This document shows positions 1-14,400 of a DNA stretch of 64,000 nt, one piece after another. The translations under genes and the position numbers were made by a program. A model generated the notes under the pieces. That model saw only the letters and a program-made list of their open reading frames with translations. It did not search any database and was not told the DNA's origin. The stretch is from Chrysomallon squamiferum. Its lineage: Eukaryota; Animalia; Mollusca. The first letter of the stretch is position 1. The number at the start of each line of letters is the position of its first letter. The stretch covers positions 15,066,001 through 15,130,000 of the forward strand of contig CM022665.1 of the NCBI GenBank assembly GCA_012295275.1, read 5' to 3'.

Positions 1-587
1 TGTAGGAAACAATCACTTTTTAAAGACCTCATTCATTATCACTGTAATGTCATTTTCTTTTCATAATGCAGTATTTTATGTTACCAACAGAATGTTGTCT
101 GCACTGACAGGTATTTGTATAGAGATACTTGAAGAAAAACTAAGATTTCATACTGATGTCCTATGTATCAAATACCTTGTCAAAGCAGAAAGATATACAT
201 ATACACACATAAAATCCCTTGCTGACTAAAGCATCAACAGTGCTGTGTCTACTGTATGAACAAAAAGTAATATGCTAAAATTACTCATTCTTAGATGGTT
301 TTATCAAAAATTTACTTTTTCTCTTTACTGAAAAAAAACACCATTATACACAAATTACAGATTAATATTAATATACTATACATACAGATATTCAGTGACT
401 TTAAGAATGAAGTTCATCATCCAGAAATTCAACAAGTTTGGACAAGTGGCAGCCATTAGAAAAGTATGAGTGTACATATAATGTTTCCATGCAGTACCAC
501 TATATATTTATTGTGTATTTTAATACAGCACTGTTTCTGGTATCTCTATACAGAGGCAAATCATATAAATAATTCTACAAAATTTAC

Positions 588-3218
588 CATACTGTAGCAT
601 GAAATCTTCTGGATCAAATGGCTGCATGAATTTGTCATCATTCCAAGGAGGATTGTCCATTAATGATGTTCTCAAAGATAAAGTTTCTGGAGATGGTTTC
701 TGAGAAGTAAAAAAAAAAAAAATAATAATAATCAAAACAATTATTTGTTGTTGTTGTTTTAGGGGGGGTTTTCACATTAAAAAATAACCTTTATTCAGTT
801 TCATAATAATGTCAGAAATGATACAGATGTCTTTAACTTTAAATTAAGAGAAACAGAAATAATTTATAAATATACACATATATATTTTGAGAAAAAGAAA
901 GAAAAAGACACAAATGAAGAAAACTGACTGAACAATTATTGATAAACACAACATGGGGGACACTGGCTGAAACTGAAAACACTGAGGAGCATTGATCCAA
1001 TGGCATTTCACATGTCAGGTCTGTTCTCTATTTAACAGAACAACACTGTAGAAAGAAAAAGAATAATGAAGGAAGAAGGACTTGTTTCATTTAATGGTGC
1101 ACTAGCTTCATTTTATTTATGATTAAAACAAACAAGAGCATTAACAGGAATTTTTACATTTCAAACAGTTTAGTTCAGTTAGTTGATTAATGCACAGAAA
1201 CCTGAAGATACTTCTGCTCAATCTGAGGCTGAATTATTTGAGGCTTCTAACTCTTTCACTGCTTAATTAAAAACAAGACTAGTTGTTATGCTGCCATCCC
1301 ATCAGTCATACTGGGCTGATATAATGTTTGGAAGTCTCTAGATATGTCCATTTGCACAGCATAAAAAGAAGTTTTTTTGAAGGCCACAGGCTAAATCTGC
1401 TTTCTGCAGTTAATGCTAATAAAGGTTTGAACAAGGAAAAGATTAAGTAACACATGACAGCAAGGTTCAACAGTAACAACACTTTCATGCAAAAATATTT
1501 TTCTTCTTCAATTTCTGTATAAAAATTTGAATGAAAGTGTGGTGTCATCACTGTGGAGATAGTCATGACATAATAGGATAATTCTGTCAGTGTACTTTGC
1601 TTTAATATTTCAGTCTCACTATCAGTTGTGTTTGTATATCTCATTTCAGTCTAATGGCCTCAGCAATTTACTGTAAGATTTCAGACATTATCCTATATAT
1701 ATATAGGGCATCAGATATATGGTCAAGGACCACTCAAACGATAAAAAATGAAACCTAAGTGACACAGAGAAACAGAATTATATTAACCTGCAAAAGATAT
1801 GCAAACATTCGGGGAAAGATCAGTGGAGAGTACTCACTTTTAATCTGATATAGTTGATCATTTTTATGTAGCTGATGCAGTCAAGGTTCCATGTGTGAAC
1901 AATCGGAACAATGTCAAACTGATGACAGTCTTTACAGTGTTTGAAAACATCATCAGCAGACAGCAATTCCTCATCACAGAATAAACACTTAACAGGCCCT
2001 GTTGCCATGACATCATCTTCGTCACTTGCATCACCCCACTCATCATCAGAGACATCAATTGACATGTCATCAGTAACACAACTACCTATTAAAATGGTTT
2101 TAAACATTGTAATTTTATTTTATTAATTAAAAAATATTTTTTTGAAGTTAATAAAATTTTCATTGGGCACTGTATTTTTATTAGTGTTTACAAATGTTCT
2201 TGAATATATTTTGTAATGCCATCTGAAGTTAGTAAATAATAGCTCTGAGGAAAAATTAATCAAGATTATTACTCTTCATCAATTTAAAAAAAAAAAAGTT
2301 TTATTTTGAATAACAAATACTATAAACCACTATAATAAATTAAAATAAATATGATTTGTTGATGTACATTTTTAAAAACATTAAGAAACTTTAAAACTTA
2401 TTAATCTTATATATACTAATGACAAGTTACAAGAACTGAAGAAGCCAGTAGGTCTGTAGTTTCCATCCCCTTTAATTTCTTCATAAATTACCAAATCAAA
2501 ATGTAAATCCAATCGATGTTATAAGAACAAGATTATCATTTATTAATATTTACTTATCAATAATTATTGTCTTATGCCAGAGGTTTTCAAACTTTTTTCT
2601 AACTGTACTCCTTGGAGAAAATATTGGGTTCATAAGTACCCTTTTCCAAATACTATGGCAGAGTTAGTATGTCAGTGAAATGGGTACAGCGTCTTAACTG
2701 GATAAATTATTATGCTGAACTTGGATAATTTCTTGAAGTATTACAAATTAAAAAGCTATCTGAATTGCTAAAGTTAATGTTATTTCGATAAATGTGGCTA
2801 AGGCAAAGACAGTAGTATATAATGTATGTAATATACCACGTATGTTTTTGCTTTGGAAACATCCTATTCCTGGTATCCTGTTCATTTATATCAAAACTAT
2901 TTTCAGATCGAGTCATCAGGAAGACAAGTCACAACGTTCACGTTATTTCGTTAAGATAGTTGTAATGGTAGATGTATAAACATATTATGTTTATTGTGAT
3001 TTTATTTTATGAATCATCATGATGAATTATGTTTCATTCTTCAATTTTCGCTTATTCGTTCTAAAATTACCTATTTTATATCTTTAGGAATGTACAAGAA
3101 ATAAATTTAATTTATGTTTCATATTTTAAGGACAATAAAACTAAAGAATTAAAATAAAAAGGATTATTGTTTACAAAACCCACGTGGAATAAAACTTACT
3201 CGAACAACCGGAAGCCAT
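588..3218 (-). CDS. PRMT3: Protein arginine N-methyltransferase 3, 5' coding exons (gene continues beyond window start)
   Basis: Exons 3218-3200 (MASGCS), 2085-1838 and 699-588 join in frame with GT-AG sites. They encode an acidic N-terminus, a C2H2 zinc finger (CLFC...HCKDCH), YIKMINYIR and PWNDDKFMQPFDPEDFMLQY, matching the PRMT3 N-terminal region. Confidence 0.85.
2576..2645 (+). mobile_element. Possible hAT/Charlie-like terminal fragment in PRMT3 intron 1
   Basis: CAGAGGTTTTCAAACTTTTT resembles hAT termini. No matching opposite end found. Confidence 0.3.
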
Positions 3219-3417
3219 GATGTTAACAATGTCAAGGTCGATGAATGGGCTGAATTAATAAAATAATAATAAAAAAAAAAAAAAAAAAAAAAAATGATAA
3301 TAATAATAAATATTTGCTTATGACCATTCCCACAAATTGTAGTTTTACTTTAGTTTATGATTGTTATTTTAATGATTTCGATACAGTATTGTATAACATG
3401 TACCGACTATAGAACTA

Positions 3418-3628
3418 TTCGGTTGAGGAATAAGTCATTGCGGTTAAATTAAATTTAATCATTACACAGAAGGAAACGTAAGCTTAATTGATAACAAGAT
3501 ATAATTTAATCAGTAATGCATGTTCCATTGTTATTTACCACTTCTTCCCAACGGCCAACAAGTTTTTCGATGCCTCTGCAATAAATTTGAATCAATTATG
3601 AACCGCAATGACTTATTTCTCAATCCAA
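3418..3628 (-). mobile_element. Mariner-derived MITE / internally deleted mariner (211 bp)
   Basis: ~28-bp imperfect TIRs (TTCGGTTGAGGAATAAGTCATTGCGGTT / AACCGCAATGACTTATTTCTCAATCCAA) with TA on both sides (3416-17, 3629-30). The minus strand encodes YCRGIEKLVGRWEEVVNNNGTCITD*, which resembles a mariner transposase C-terminus. Confidence 0.85.
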
Positions 3629-3719
3629 TACATCTACCGTCTTGTTCGTCACACATTTATTATTATTATTTTAATTTATTATCAAATAAAAATTAATAAC
3701 TATAAATAAACAAGTCAAA

Positions 3720-5716
3720 CACTTCAATGCTTTTGTCATTTTATTTTGTTCAGGCAAGCCTGGCAAAAAAAAGAGATAAATCTTTCATTGGTTGCTTACA
3801 GGCAAATCCACATCTTTCCATCAGGGTCTACACTTAGCACAGACCCTGATTTACAAACACTTAACACTGTTAGGTAAAGAGTATTATCCGATCTTTTTTC
3901 TGGAATCACTCCATCAAAAGAACTGATACTTTAAAACATTTTGTCATACACAATAACCGTCTGGCCCTATTTTACTTTGGTTGCTACAGATATAACAAAT
4001 ACAATCAATATTCTGGAATATCAACTCATTCTGATTTTTGAAGAGGAAAAAGCAACTTAAGTAAAATAGATAAACATTCATGGCAATACTTAATGCATAC
4101 AATATTATGGGCATCCAATTGTTAGCAAAAAGATAAACATCACAGAAAATGCATACAACTTTAGATTAACATTTCAACAAACTGGGAAAAAATTGATAAT
4201 GCAGAAAAGCATAAATAAAAATTACAAAACAATAAAAGAAAAATAACAATACAAAACAATAATTCTAAAAATAAATTTGCATGGAAAGAAAAAACACACT
4301 GACATAAATCATTAAAACAAAAAGACATGAATTTATAAAACGAAATTCATTCACTGTTTTTTGCTACTTTTAGTCGTGGGAAGAAAAAAAAGAAATATTC
4401 ATCAAGTTATTTTAATACAGTTAGTATAAATTTACAGTAATTTTTATACTATTTCAATTATAATGAACACTGTATAAACAAAACATATTTTTATTATTTT
4501 AATTCAAAATATTTGGAGTAATTAAAAAAAAAAAAAAAAAATGATTCAAAATTTCTTTACATAAAGGACATGAAGAGAAAAATTTATTTGCAGAATGTCA
4601 AAATAATCTTCAACAATATTTTTTTTTTTTTTTACAGTTACACTTAAAACACACACAAACCCCAACCCGGCCCCCACTCCAAGAAACTGAATTTTTTATA
4701 ATTTAATTTGATTTACATGTTACTCAATTTGGACTGGTGTCACAATTTAATGTTTTTTCACCACATTTCAGTGCTATGGTTTCATTAAAAAGTTGTTATT
4801 GCTATTTATTTTGATTCTCTTTTTAAAAAATTACTACTGTTATGCACTGTTTAAAAACAGGATGTTAATTCATTGTAACTTATCAATTAGATTTTTTTTC
4901 TTCTTGTTTTTCACTTCTTTTCTTTCAATCAGACAGAAATCTGGAAATTTATTTGTGGTTTTATTTATTTTTTAAATTCCATGCTGAACTTTGGTCAAAA
5001 TGTGTCAAAATGTAGCAAAATTTAGAGACCAGTAAATATATTAAGATCAAGCATGCATCAAGAAAAATATTTTTTGGGTTTTTTTTTTTATGTAATACAT
5101 GCAGTTCATACTAAATAAATAACATAAAACCATTTTATAACATGGTTATAAAATTAAGATGGTTTAATATAAATTTAAATATTTTTTCAGCACTATGGAA
5201 ATATAGTAATATTTGAAATATAAATAAACCATAACAAAAAATATTATAATTTCACAAATGCCAAAAATAAATGAAATGAGTGCAATTTTTTTTTTTTTTT
5301 AGTTATAATAAATACTTTATTTAAAAACAGTAAAAAGAAAAACTAATAGAATAAACTAACATTGCAAAAAGATGAAAATTTAAAGTATGTGCCTATTTAA
5401 TGAAGAGAGAAAACAGCACTCACAAAGTTAAAAATTTCTGATACCATGATTTTCCAGTCAATCCTTTGAGACGACCATCATACAATAATCCATTTTCACA
5501 TGAAGACAACCACCTACTACAAACGACAAGCTTATACATATACCGCATGAACCAATTCACAAAATACCAATTCTGCCATAAATATTCTAATTACTTGTGA
5601 CAAAACATTTTTCATTTTTTGATCTAATAAGGTATTTCAAGAACCGATACATGCTGCCAAGGCCACTGAACAATTTTTTTTTTTCTTTTGAAAGACTTTT
5701 TAAAACTATTTTTTTA

Positions 5717-5760
<44 letters not shown>

Positions 5761-6130
5761 CCCCCCTTTTCTATATTTCTTTTCTTTGTAGTACTGCCTT
5801 GATTATAAAAGGATTAGTAAAGGTAATGTCACATTCTCAGTACTAAAATCCATCAAGTTCTGTATGCTCTTGACAATCTCATTTAATGGGTACCAATTTT
5901 ATAAATCTTTATCTGAGCTCATCATAAAAACCTCATACGGTTTATCCAATAAATATATAAATAAATATAATTTATTTATGTATTTATTTATTTATTATTA
6001 TTATTATTATTGTTATTATTATATTATTTTTTTACAGTTTATATGGTTTCTTTCTGTATTGTTAAAAATACAAGTCTTCGTTTGTTTAGTTCTACAATGT
6101 TTTTATCATGTTTTTTTCTTTAGCTTTATC
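3720..6130 (-). other. Probable long CSDE1 3' UTR (~2.4 kb)
   Basis: Follows the stop at 6131. A minus-strand AATAAA lies near 3740 and there are internal A/U-rich tracts. The end point is inferred. Confidence 0.5.
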
Positions 6131-9100
6131 TTAGTTTACAGGATTCCAGATTGTTCTTGGTTGTGTGAATCCTGCAGTGTTATCAGGACCTCTAGGCTGT
6201 CGTTTCACAATCAGTCGTGGGCCAGTATCATCAGACACACTTTTCAGACGACTAATAAGGCGTTCAGGTCTTTGTGTATCTCTGTAATAAGATACAATAA
6301 AGAAATAATTAGAGGCACAAAAACCTTAATTTTATTAAAAATAACAAATAAAACTGTTTTTAAAAAATGTTATTATATTATATATACATCAAACAATAAA
6401 ACATTTCCTGATAATATAAGCATAAGCAAAATAAAACTAGCATATATATTAGTTTTTATGTCTGTAAATATTTTTTGATGCTTTGACCTGTTAAAATATG
6501 TAATGTGGGGGGGGAAACAAACATTTTTATTCTTATTAGTGTACAGAATTATAAAACAATTTCTAACATACGTGATTTTTCTGACACTACAAGCTGAGTA
6601 TTTTCCATTTCTCTGGTTCTGTACGACGACAAATTCCACCTCATTTCCTGGTTGAATGTTTACACCGTCATGAACCTCTGTCATATGAAAAAACAACTTC
6701 TTACCTTCTGAAGCTTCATAGTTTATGAAGCCGAACTGTCAAAGAAACAAACATGAATTAAAATACATTTTATTTTCAAGGCAGAAATGTTTTACTGTGA
6801 CAGTAAATATATTCTGTATTGAAAGGCTGTTCTCTCTATAAATAATAAAAAGAAAATTATGTTTCTATTTTTCTTTTCTGGTTGTAACTATTTCTTCATT
6901 ATATCACATTAATATTAAAGATTAAAGGTTAACTTATTACTACATATTATGTCAATCAGCTGAATACTATAACAAACATACCTGTCCTTTTATGGAGTCC
7001 ACTTTAGCTCGAACATACTTTCTGATGGCAGCAACGTTAACTGCCCTCAGCTCACCAGTTGCCTTGACAGCAGCCACTTGGAATTTTACTGCATCACCTT
7101 TTTGTAAGAAGTCCCTTTTGTCTGCCAGGCTTGTTATTCCATATTGGTAACTTTCTCCATTTTCATCCTCTGTAAAAATATTTAATCAAAATAAATATGC
7201 TTGCAGACTACAGTTAAAAAAAAATAAAAAAAATGTTGTTATAGTTAATATGAATAGTGAAACTAATATTTTGAATGTTATTTGATAATTAAATGTATGA
7301 GAAATACTCGGTTTGCAAATTAATGTTAATTACAAGTAAGATATAATGATTAGAGATATTATTTTGAATTATCAGTGGAGAAAATATCTGAATATCCAAA
7401 TTATTTACAAAATGAAACTCAGCAGTTTGAAAAGTTACTGCACATTCACATTTCTTTTATTGAATTTTTGTCCCATCTATAAATGGATTAAGTCTGTCTC
7501 TAAGTAACAGATCAATAATCACCACCACCTTTTGAAGGCAAAATATTATTATAATTAAATATGTAACAGATTAAAAACTGACCATCACAAATGGTTTCAA
7601 CTAGTCCACTGTATTCCTCTTGGTCTGGATTCACTATCCTCATAGGACGAACAACACGTCCCTGTAGTACTCCCTTCTCTCTCACTATCTCCTAAAACAA
7701 AAAGAAATAATAATAAAAATAAAAATAATAATAATAATAATAATAATAACATCAACAAATTATATATTTATATAAAGTATGCTTCTATGTTGTGTACTTT
7801 TTTTCTGTATGTGTTTCATTGGAAGATAGGTCTTTACATTAATGATTTTATATAACCTTCCAAACTTAATAAAAAGCAAGAATTGTTATTTATATATGGA
7901 TGGCATATAAGAACCCTGTCTAAGACCAGTTTGGCTTCTCTATTTATAAAGGTAAGTAATTTCAATGGAGATTAAAGAAAGGGTACAAAAAGAAAAATTC
8001 TGAAATAAATAATTCATGAAAAATGCCCATTTTAGTTGAAACCATTTGTGATGGTCAGTTTTTAATCTGTTACATGTTTAAAGATATTTTGTCAAGTAGA
8101 GTACATTTTAGAACAAAACATTAAAAAAAAAATAATAATAATTTTGTTTTTAAACTATGAACAAACCTCTGGAGCAATAGTTCCTTTAGGTAGTTTTTTT
8201 ATGTTTTCAGCGCTGAGTTTGGAACTCTTTCGAGCTAGAATATACTCTACTTCATCAGCCAATTCCAAGTCATCAATGTTGCCTTCAAAAGAACTGAAAA
8301 AAAAAAAAAAAAAAGGTCTGTCTAGTAAACCAGACAAATATTTTCCAGACATACATGACAGAGACAGTGAGGGTGATAATGGGAGTCAGAAGGCATGCAT
8401 ATGAACAACTACTTTTTTATTTATTTCATATTCATTGATTTTTCAAACATACCTGTAGTGAAAGAAAACCTCTTTGTCATGGTCAGAATTTTCTATAAAG
8501 CCATAATTTTCTTTCAGTGTGGCAATAAAACCTTGGCACTTTCCTGTAATGTTTCTCAAAACAACCTTTACATTCACTGCCTGCCTTTGGTTATTCCGTT
8601 TTTGTTCCCCAATGCTAAATTCAACCTGTAGAATTAAAATTTATATATACAGTTATACAAGTCAGAAAAAATAGAAGTAAAACATTAAAAGATTAAGTGA
8701 AGATATTTAAGTCTGTAACGTTGGAGAAATGGTGTTAAATGTAACATTTCAAATAATTTTTGGATATTCCAAAATGTACTTTAAATCTATTTATTTATTT
8801 ATTATTAATTTTCTATCTCACCTTGTCTCCGTATCGTGGGATGTTTTTCAGATCCAATAAATGTTCCATTGTGTATGAAATGGTCTGAATTGCTCCTTCG
8901 AAGTCAAATATAATATTGCCACAATCTCCTTCTTTGGTTTTGGCTGAAAAAAAAGAGGAGATAAATATTCATTTCATCAACACTATTTAGAAGCAAGATA
9001 TATTCTTCTTATTTCAACATCTGCTAAAACATGTATTAGAGAACATAGACAAGCTTATGCATCAGGGCAAAATACATGTACATGATTTATAATAAATATT

Positions 9101-11445
9101 TTTGTTTCTGCAAATGTTAAGATTTCAAACAAATAATTTAAGATTTGAAGAATCCATCACTCCCATCTGAAGTTACAGTTATGTGATAATTCTTCTATTA
9201 CTATCACAAAAAATAGAAAACTATTTATAACCATTTATATGAATTAGAAAAAAAATATCAGACAATTACAGTACAATAGTAATAAATCACTTTATTAAAA
9301 CTCTTTTAAAAAATAAATAAACTCCACAACAGTCTGCATTAAATTAAATATACAATGATAAAAATAATGAAAATTAAATTAAGATTGTTAATTTGTTTCT
9401 TACATTTTGACTGGTGGGTTGATGGTTCTCGATCAACAGTTCCAATATATTTTTCAGGACGAATAGTTAGAAAAGAAACAGTTCCTTTTGGAAGAACTTT
9501 GATTCTTGCTGCTATCTGCCGTGTTGGTGTGGCAGGATCCTGACAGAGGCAAGAATTTTTATTTTTTTAAATAACTACCAAAACACTTTATTTGAAAAAT
9601 GTGAAATAACTAAGTATGATGTAAGTCACTTTTTTGATAAATTTCTATTAATTCTAATATTAAATTGCAACATTGATCTCATTTACAGAATCATAAACAA
9701 GGATTTAAATTTAACTGTGACAAAAGAATGTTTTGAAAACTACATGTGTATGATTAATTAAGCTGCTTGCAGTTGTCCTTTTTATTTTTTTTTTTTTTTT
9801 TTTTTAAAAACACATGTACAGTGTCTCACAAAGTAGTTTCATACCTGCATAACTAAGAATTCAAATTCATCTTGTAGTTTGGGTTGATGTTCAGGATCAA
9901 GAAGTTCACTGAAGTGGAAGAACATTCTAGCATCGCGATCAGCACACTGTATGAAGCCATAGCCATCTTTCAAACTCACCACCACACCCTGCAAGTAATA
10001 AAATCTTATTAGCATGAACAGAAGGACAGAATAAACATAGTACTGAACAATGCACTCAACACTTAAATGAATGATTGAATGGCATTACATACCTGCTCAA
10101 AAACCCTATTTAGATATTATCTTAATATATAGCCAAAAAACAACTGTAAGGCCAAACTGTTATAAACAATCTAAAATGTTCTATTTTGCTTTAAATTACA
10201 AAACTAAGCGAGTGATACAGTAACACTGCTAATGATACAATCACCATCATTTAGTAAGGCTAAAAGAATATTTATTTTAAACTTATATGGCTTTCTTATT
10301 TCTTCCCCAGCTGAACTTTATTATTATACAACAGGGTCATCTCCTAAAAACCTCTTAGAAAAATACAAATGATTAAGTAAACTTTAAATGTTTTTAATGT
10401 TAAAAAAGTGATATTAATGTTTCCATTCTTATTAACTAGCAATTATACAAGAGGGATAATTTTATTATTTATTATTTGCAGCATCTTTTTTGTGCATGTA
10501 AGCACGTGCTTATGTCTGATGAGACAGAAAACATTATTTTAATGTACTGATATACTTATTTGAACTAAAAGGCTCACTGTTTCACGTGGTTCTCCTGTTT
10601 TCTCAAATGTTTCCTCAAGAAGTACAATTTTGGTTGCCCTCTGCAGTTTGTCCCGACGATCAGTGGCAATGCTGAACTCAACAAAATCACCTTGTTGTAG
10701 TGTGTAGTCACCTCTCTGATCTTTATCTCCATAAGGTATATCAACAGTTCTAAAAAAGATAGTTATAGAAATTAGTACATTAAACATGGTATTTATAAAG
10801 ATACTTTTGTGTGTGTGAGTGCGTGCGTGTATGTGTGTGTTTGTGTGCCTGTGTGTGTGCATGTATCTATACATATTTAGCTCTTTATTTTAATTTTCTT
10901 TTCACCTTTGTGTCATCTGTTTTAATCAAAGATGTATTTTAACATTTTAAAGAAGTTTGTCTTTCACAACAAAATATTGCAACAAGAAATTTAAATCTTT
11001 GCCCATTATCGACCTCACTCAGTGAGGCTATGATCTGACTCATTCCACTGAAAACATTAAAATATCTTGGATATTTCTCTGAAATTATTCAACATTTGAA
11101 AAATGAAAACTATTTAAGCCATGATAGCAGGGGTAAAAAACTATAAAAAAGAATTAATCTAACTTTACCCTTTTGGTGTTTCATAGATAATTCTTCCTCC
11201 AAGGGGATCGCTGTATCTCCTGTTGGTGTTACTCTGTAGTGTCTTCAATATTTTGCCATTTATTCTATCCAGTGATATGTCTTCAAATATAACCGTTCCC
11301 TCAGCTAATCGTTTGATGTCCACTGCCACTTCTTTACCCTGAAATATTTCAAATTAATAGCAATACATTAACTACAATAGGAAATAGATACAAAATCTTG
11401 GTCAGCAAGATTTGTGACAATTAATGTATTGAGTGATTATCATTA

Positions 11446-11485
<40 letters not shown>

Positions 11486-14400
11486 TATCAGTCATTAATT
11501 ACTATCATCATTATCAAAAAAAACTTCAGTTTTTTTAACATTTCTTTAAATCCCTTAAAATCTAATATGTAACAGTATGTTTCAATCCAGATTAATTATT
11601 TTATTTTGTTTTAAAATTTATTACTTTATTCAGATTGTTTTGCTTCAGTTTATTTATTTATTCAGATAAACTCATGAATAAGATTAAACTACAGAGAGAT
11701 ATGACATTTTTTCTCTTTGCAGCAGTCACAGGATTTGAACATTTAATTATAATTTACCTTTTTGGTCAATGATTTTTACAAATTTTTCTTCATTCCTTTT
11801 AGAAAAATTATAATGGTAGTTTATATTTATCTACTTTTTTTTACAAACAATGTTATTCTTGCTGACAGCTTCATTTTCACAAAAAAATGTAACATACAGG
11901 ATTTCTTCAATTTGTGTATTATAGAGCACTCACATTTCTGTTTTGAACAGAAAATTCACAATCATCTCCAAGGAGTAACTCATTGATGTTGTCCTTGAAC
12001 TCGCTGTAATGAAAGAATATTTCTTTCACAATGTCAGACCGCTCGATGAAGCCGAAAGTTTCCTTCAATGAACAAACCACACCTTCAAAACGTTTCTGAG
12101 CCGGTGGCTGTAGTGGTTTTAGCTTCCGTGCTCTTATGTTTCCATTTCTGTAACAGATCAAAAACAAATGATAAGTGACCAAATGTTTTGGTCAGACAGG
12201 ATAGACAGTAGGCAAAAGAAAGAAAGATGTGATGAAAAAACGATGAAGTATTTTAAAAGTGCAAATTTATATTTTTACTATTTCTGGCACAAAACTGAAA
12301 ACAATGAAGAAGAAAATGAATTCAACGAATAAAGATTAGATTTGTATAATTAAGCCAGCCCCTATAAGGATGAAAGAAGTCAGTTTGGAAACATGTCTTT
12401 GGTACAAAAATATGAACTGGCACTAATGATAAGAAACTAATACGATTTAAAACGTATTACACACTTTAAGTGACACATTTTTTATAAATCTGCAACTATT
12501 AATAATCTGTTGCTGTTACTTATCTACAACTATATATTATTGCTATTATTGTTCCTAATCTACAACAATATATTAGTATTCAATTCTAACTGTACAATTA
12601 AATCTTTACCTTTTATCTGTTGCAATATAAAAGCTGACTTGATCACCAGGCTGCAATTTCACAGTGCTGTCTAATATATCATCAAGACTGTATGGCAGAA
12701 AGAAGCATTCTCCATTGTGTTCGTATGTTACCCTACCGAATCCATCTTGGGAATTTGAGATGAAACCCTGGAAAAATAATTAATATTTTATTGTTGAAAT
12801 AACAAAATAAAAAAAAAAAAAAATAAAAAAAGGCTTTAATCATGCAGCTGTAATAGTTAAAAATAAATGGATGAAAGAGATTTATAGTTTAAATTTTATG
12901 TTTACAGACATGGATGTTTTGTAAAAAAAACATTTAAGTAACATTTCTAAACACAGCAAATGCTCTCAGAAATATATAATATTAATTGTTAATGAAGTAG
13001 ATATTTATTAAAATCTGCTTTTCACATACATTTTTGGTTTTTGATGATGGTTTAGCTTCCTGAACCACACTTCCCACAAATGTTTCTTCACTAAGTATTT
13101 CAGATGATACCATTGTTGAATCAATTCTAATGACCGACACTGCTATTGGCTTCCCGGTCCTTCGATCATAAGACATCTGAAACTCTACTGCATCTGTAAA
13201 TATATTCAGTATATTCATATACAAATATATAAAATATAGGTAAACTTGTTAACTTCAAAAATGGAACTTTTGAGATGGAATTTAATTAATTAACATTATA
13301 AAATGGAATAAATCATTAAACTTGAAATTTTATTTTATAACTGTATTATGCATCACAATACTGATATTTAAAACGATTCATTAATTTCTCTTACAAACAA
13401 TAACTTTTTCACATAAAATCAGCTCTGTACATTATAAAACAGTTAATGACAATTAAATGGCAATGAAGATTTCAATTTTCTTCATGTAACAGATCAACAA
13501 CCAACCCAGTTCAGTGACTTCAAAGGAAAAACAAATAATCAATCAATTCAATTACAAAAACTTCTAACTATATTTTACCTCCAGTTTTTATGTCATCCAA
13601 GTTACCACCATATTCACTAAAGTGAAAAAATAGCCTGGCATTTCTATCACAGCACTGAATAAATCCATAGGAATGCTGAAGAAAAGAAAGAATATAAAAA
13701 AAAATAAAATAAAATAAATATATATTCAGTGAATTAATCATTATGTGACTAATATGTCAGAGCAAAATTGAAAATATTAATGTCATACAATGACAAAATT
13801 TTAAATATGTGGAAAATACCAATGTAAAAGCAAGATAAATAAATTTAATTATTTAAAACCTGACTAAATTTACTGTTTATAAGTTATTAATATAACATGG
13901 CTTTCAAGACTTTTATACTGAAAAACTTCATAAAATAAAAAACAAACTTATTATTTATTTGATATTAATAAATAAAGTAATTAACCTACAAACCTGAAGT
14001 TTATCAATTATTCCTGTTTCTCTCACATTATTACTGCCAGATGGTTGAATATAGTTTGAATTTGAGCCCTGATGGAAAGACAAAATGGCAGGATCCTGAC
14101 TGGGCGGCTAGAAATTATAAGAAGAAAAATAACGTTTATTATTTTTAATCTTCTGTGACCTGTATTTAATAGATTATGGGGGAGATCAAAGGCAGAAGTA
14201 TTTAAGAACACTTAAATGAAATAACTTTTGATTTGTTTTCAGCTGATGTACAGGTATTGCCTTTACAAATTCAGATATAATTTCTTATCTTTTTTTTAAA
14301 CACATAACGTGTTAATTATGATACTTAGAAATATAGAAGTCATTGCAAAGACACTAACTTGTTTCAAATATCTTAAAACAGGTAGGCAGGCCTTTATCTG

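Noticed and set aside
116-552. 13-bp inverted repeat (TGTATAGAGATAC / GTATCTCTATACA) in PRMT3 intron 3
   Set aside because: Short, does not overlap a splice site, and plausible by chance in AT-rich DNA.
5864-6478. 204-aa plus-strand ORF, and many other F/Y/I/L/K-rich ORFs in the track
   Set aside because: Low-complexity products of AT-rich UTR or intron sequence, or antisense to real exons. No recognisable domains.
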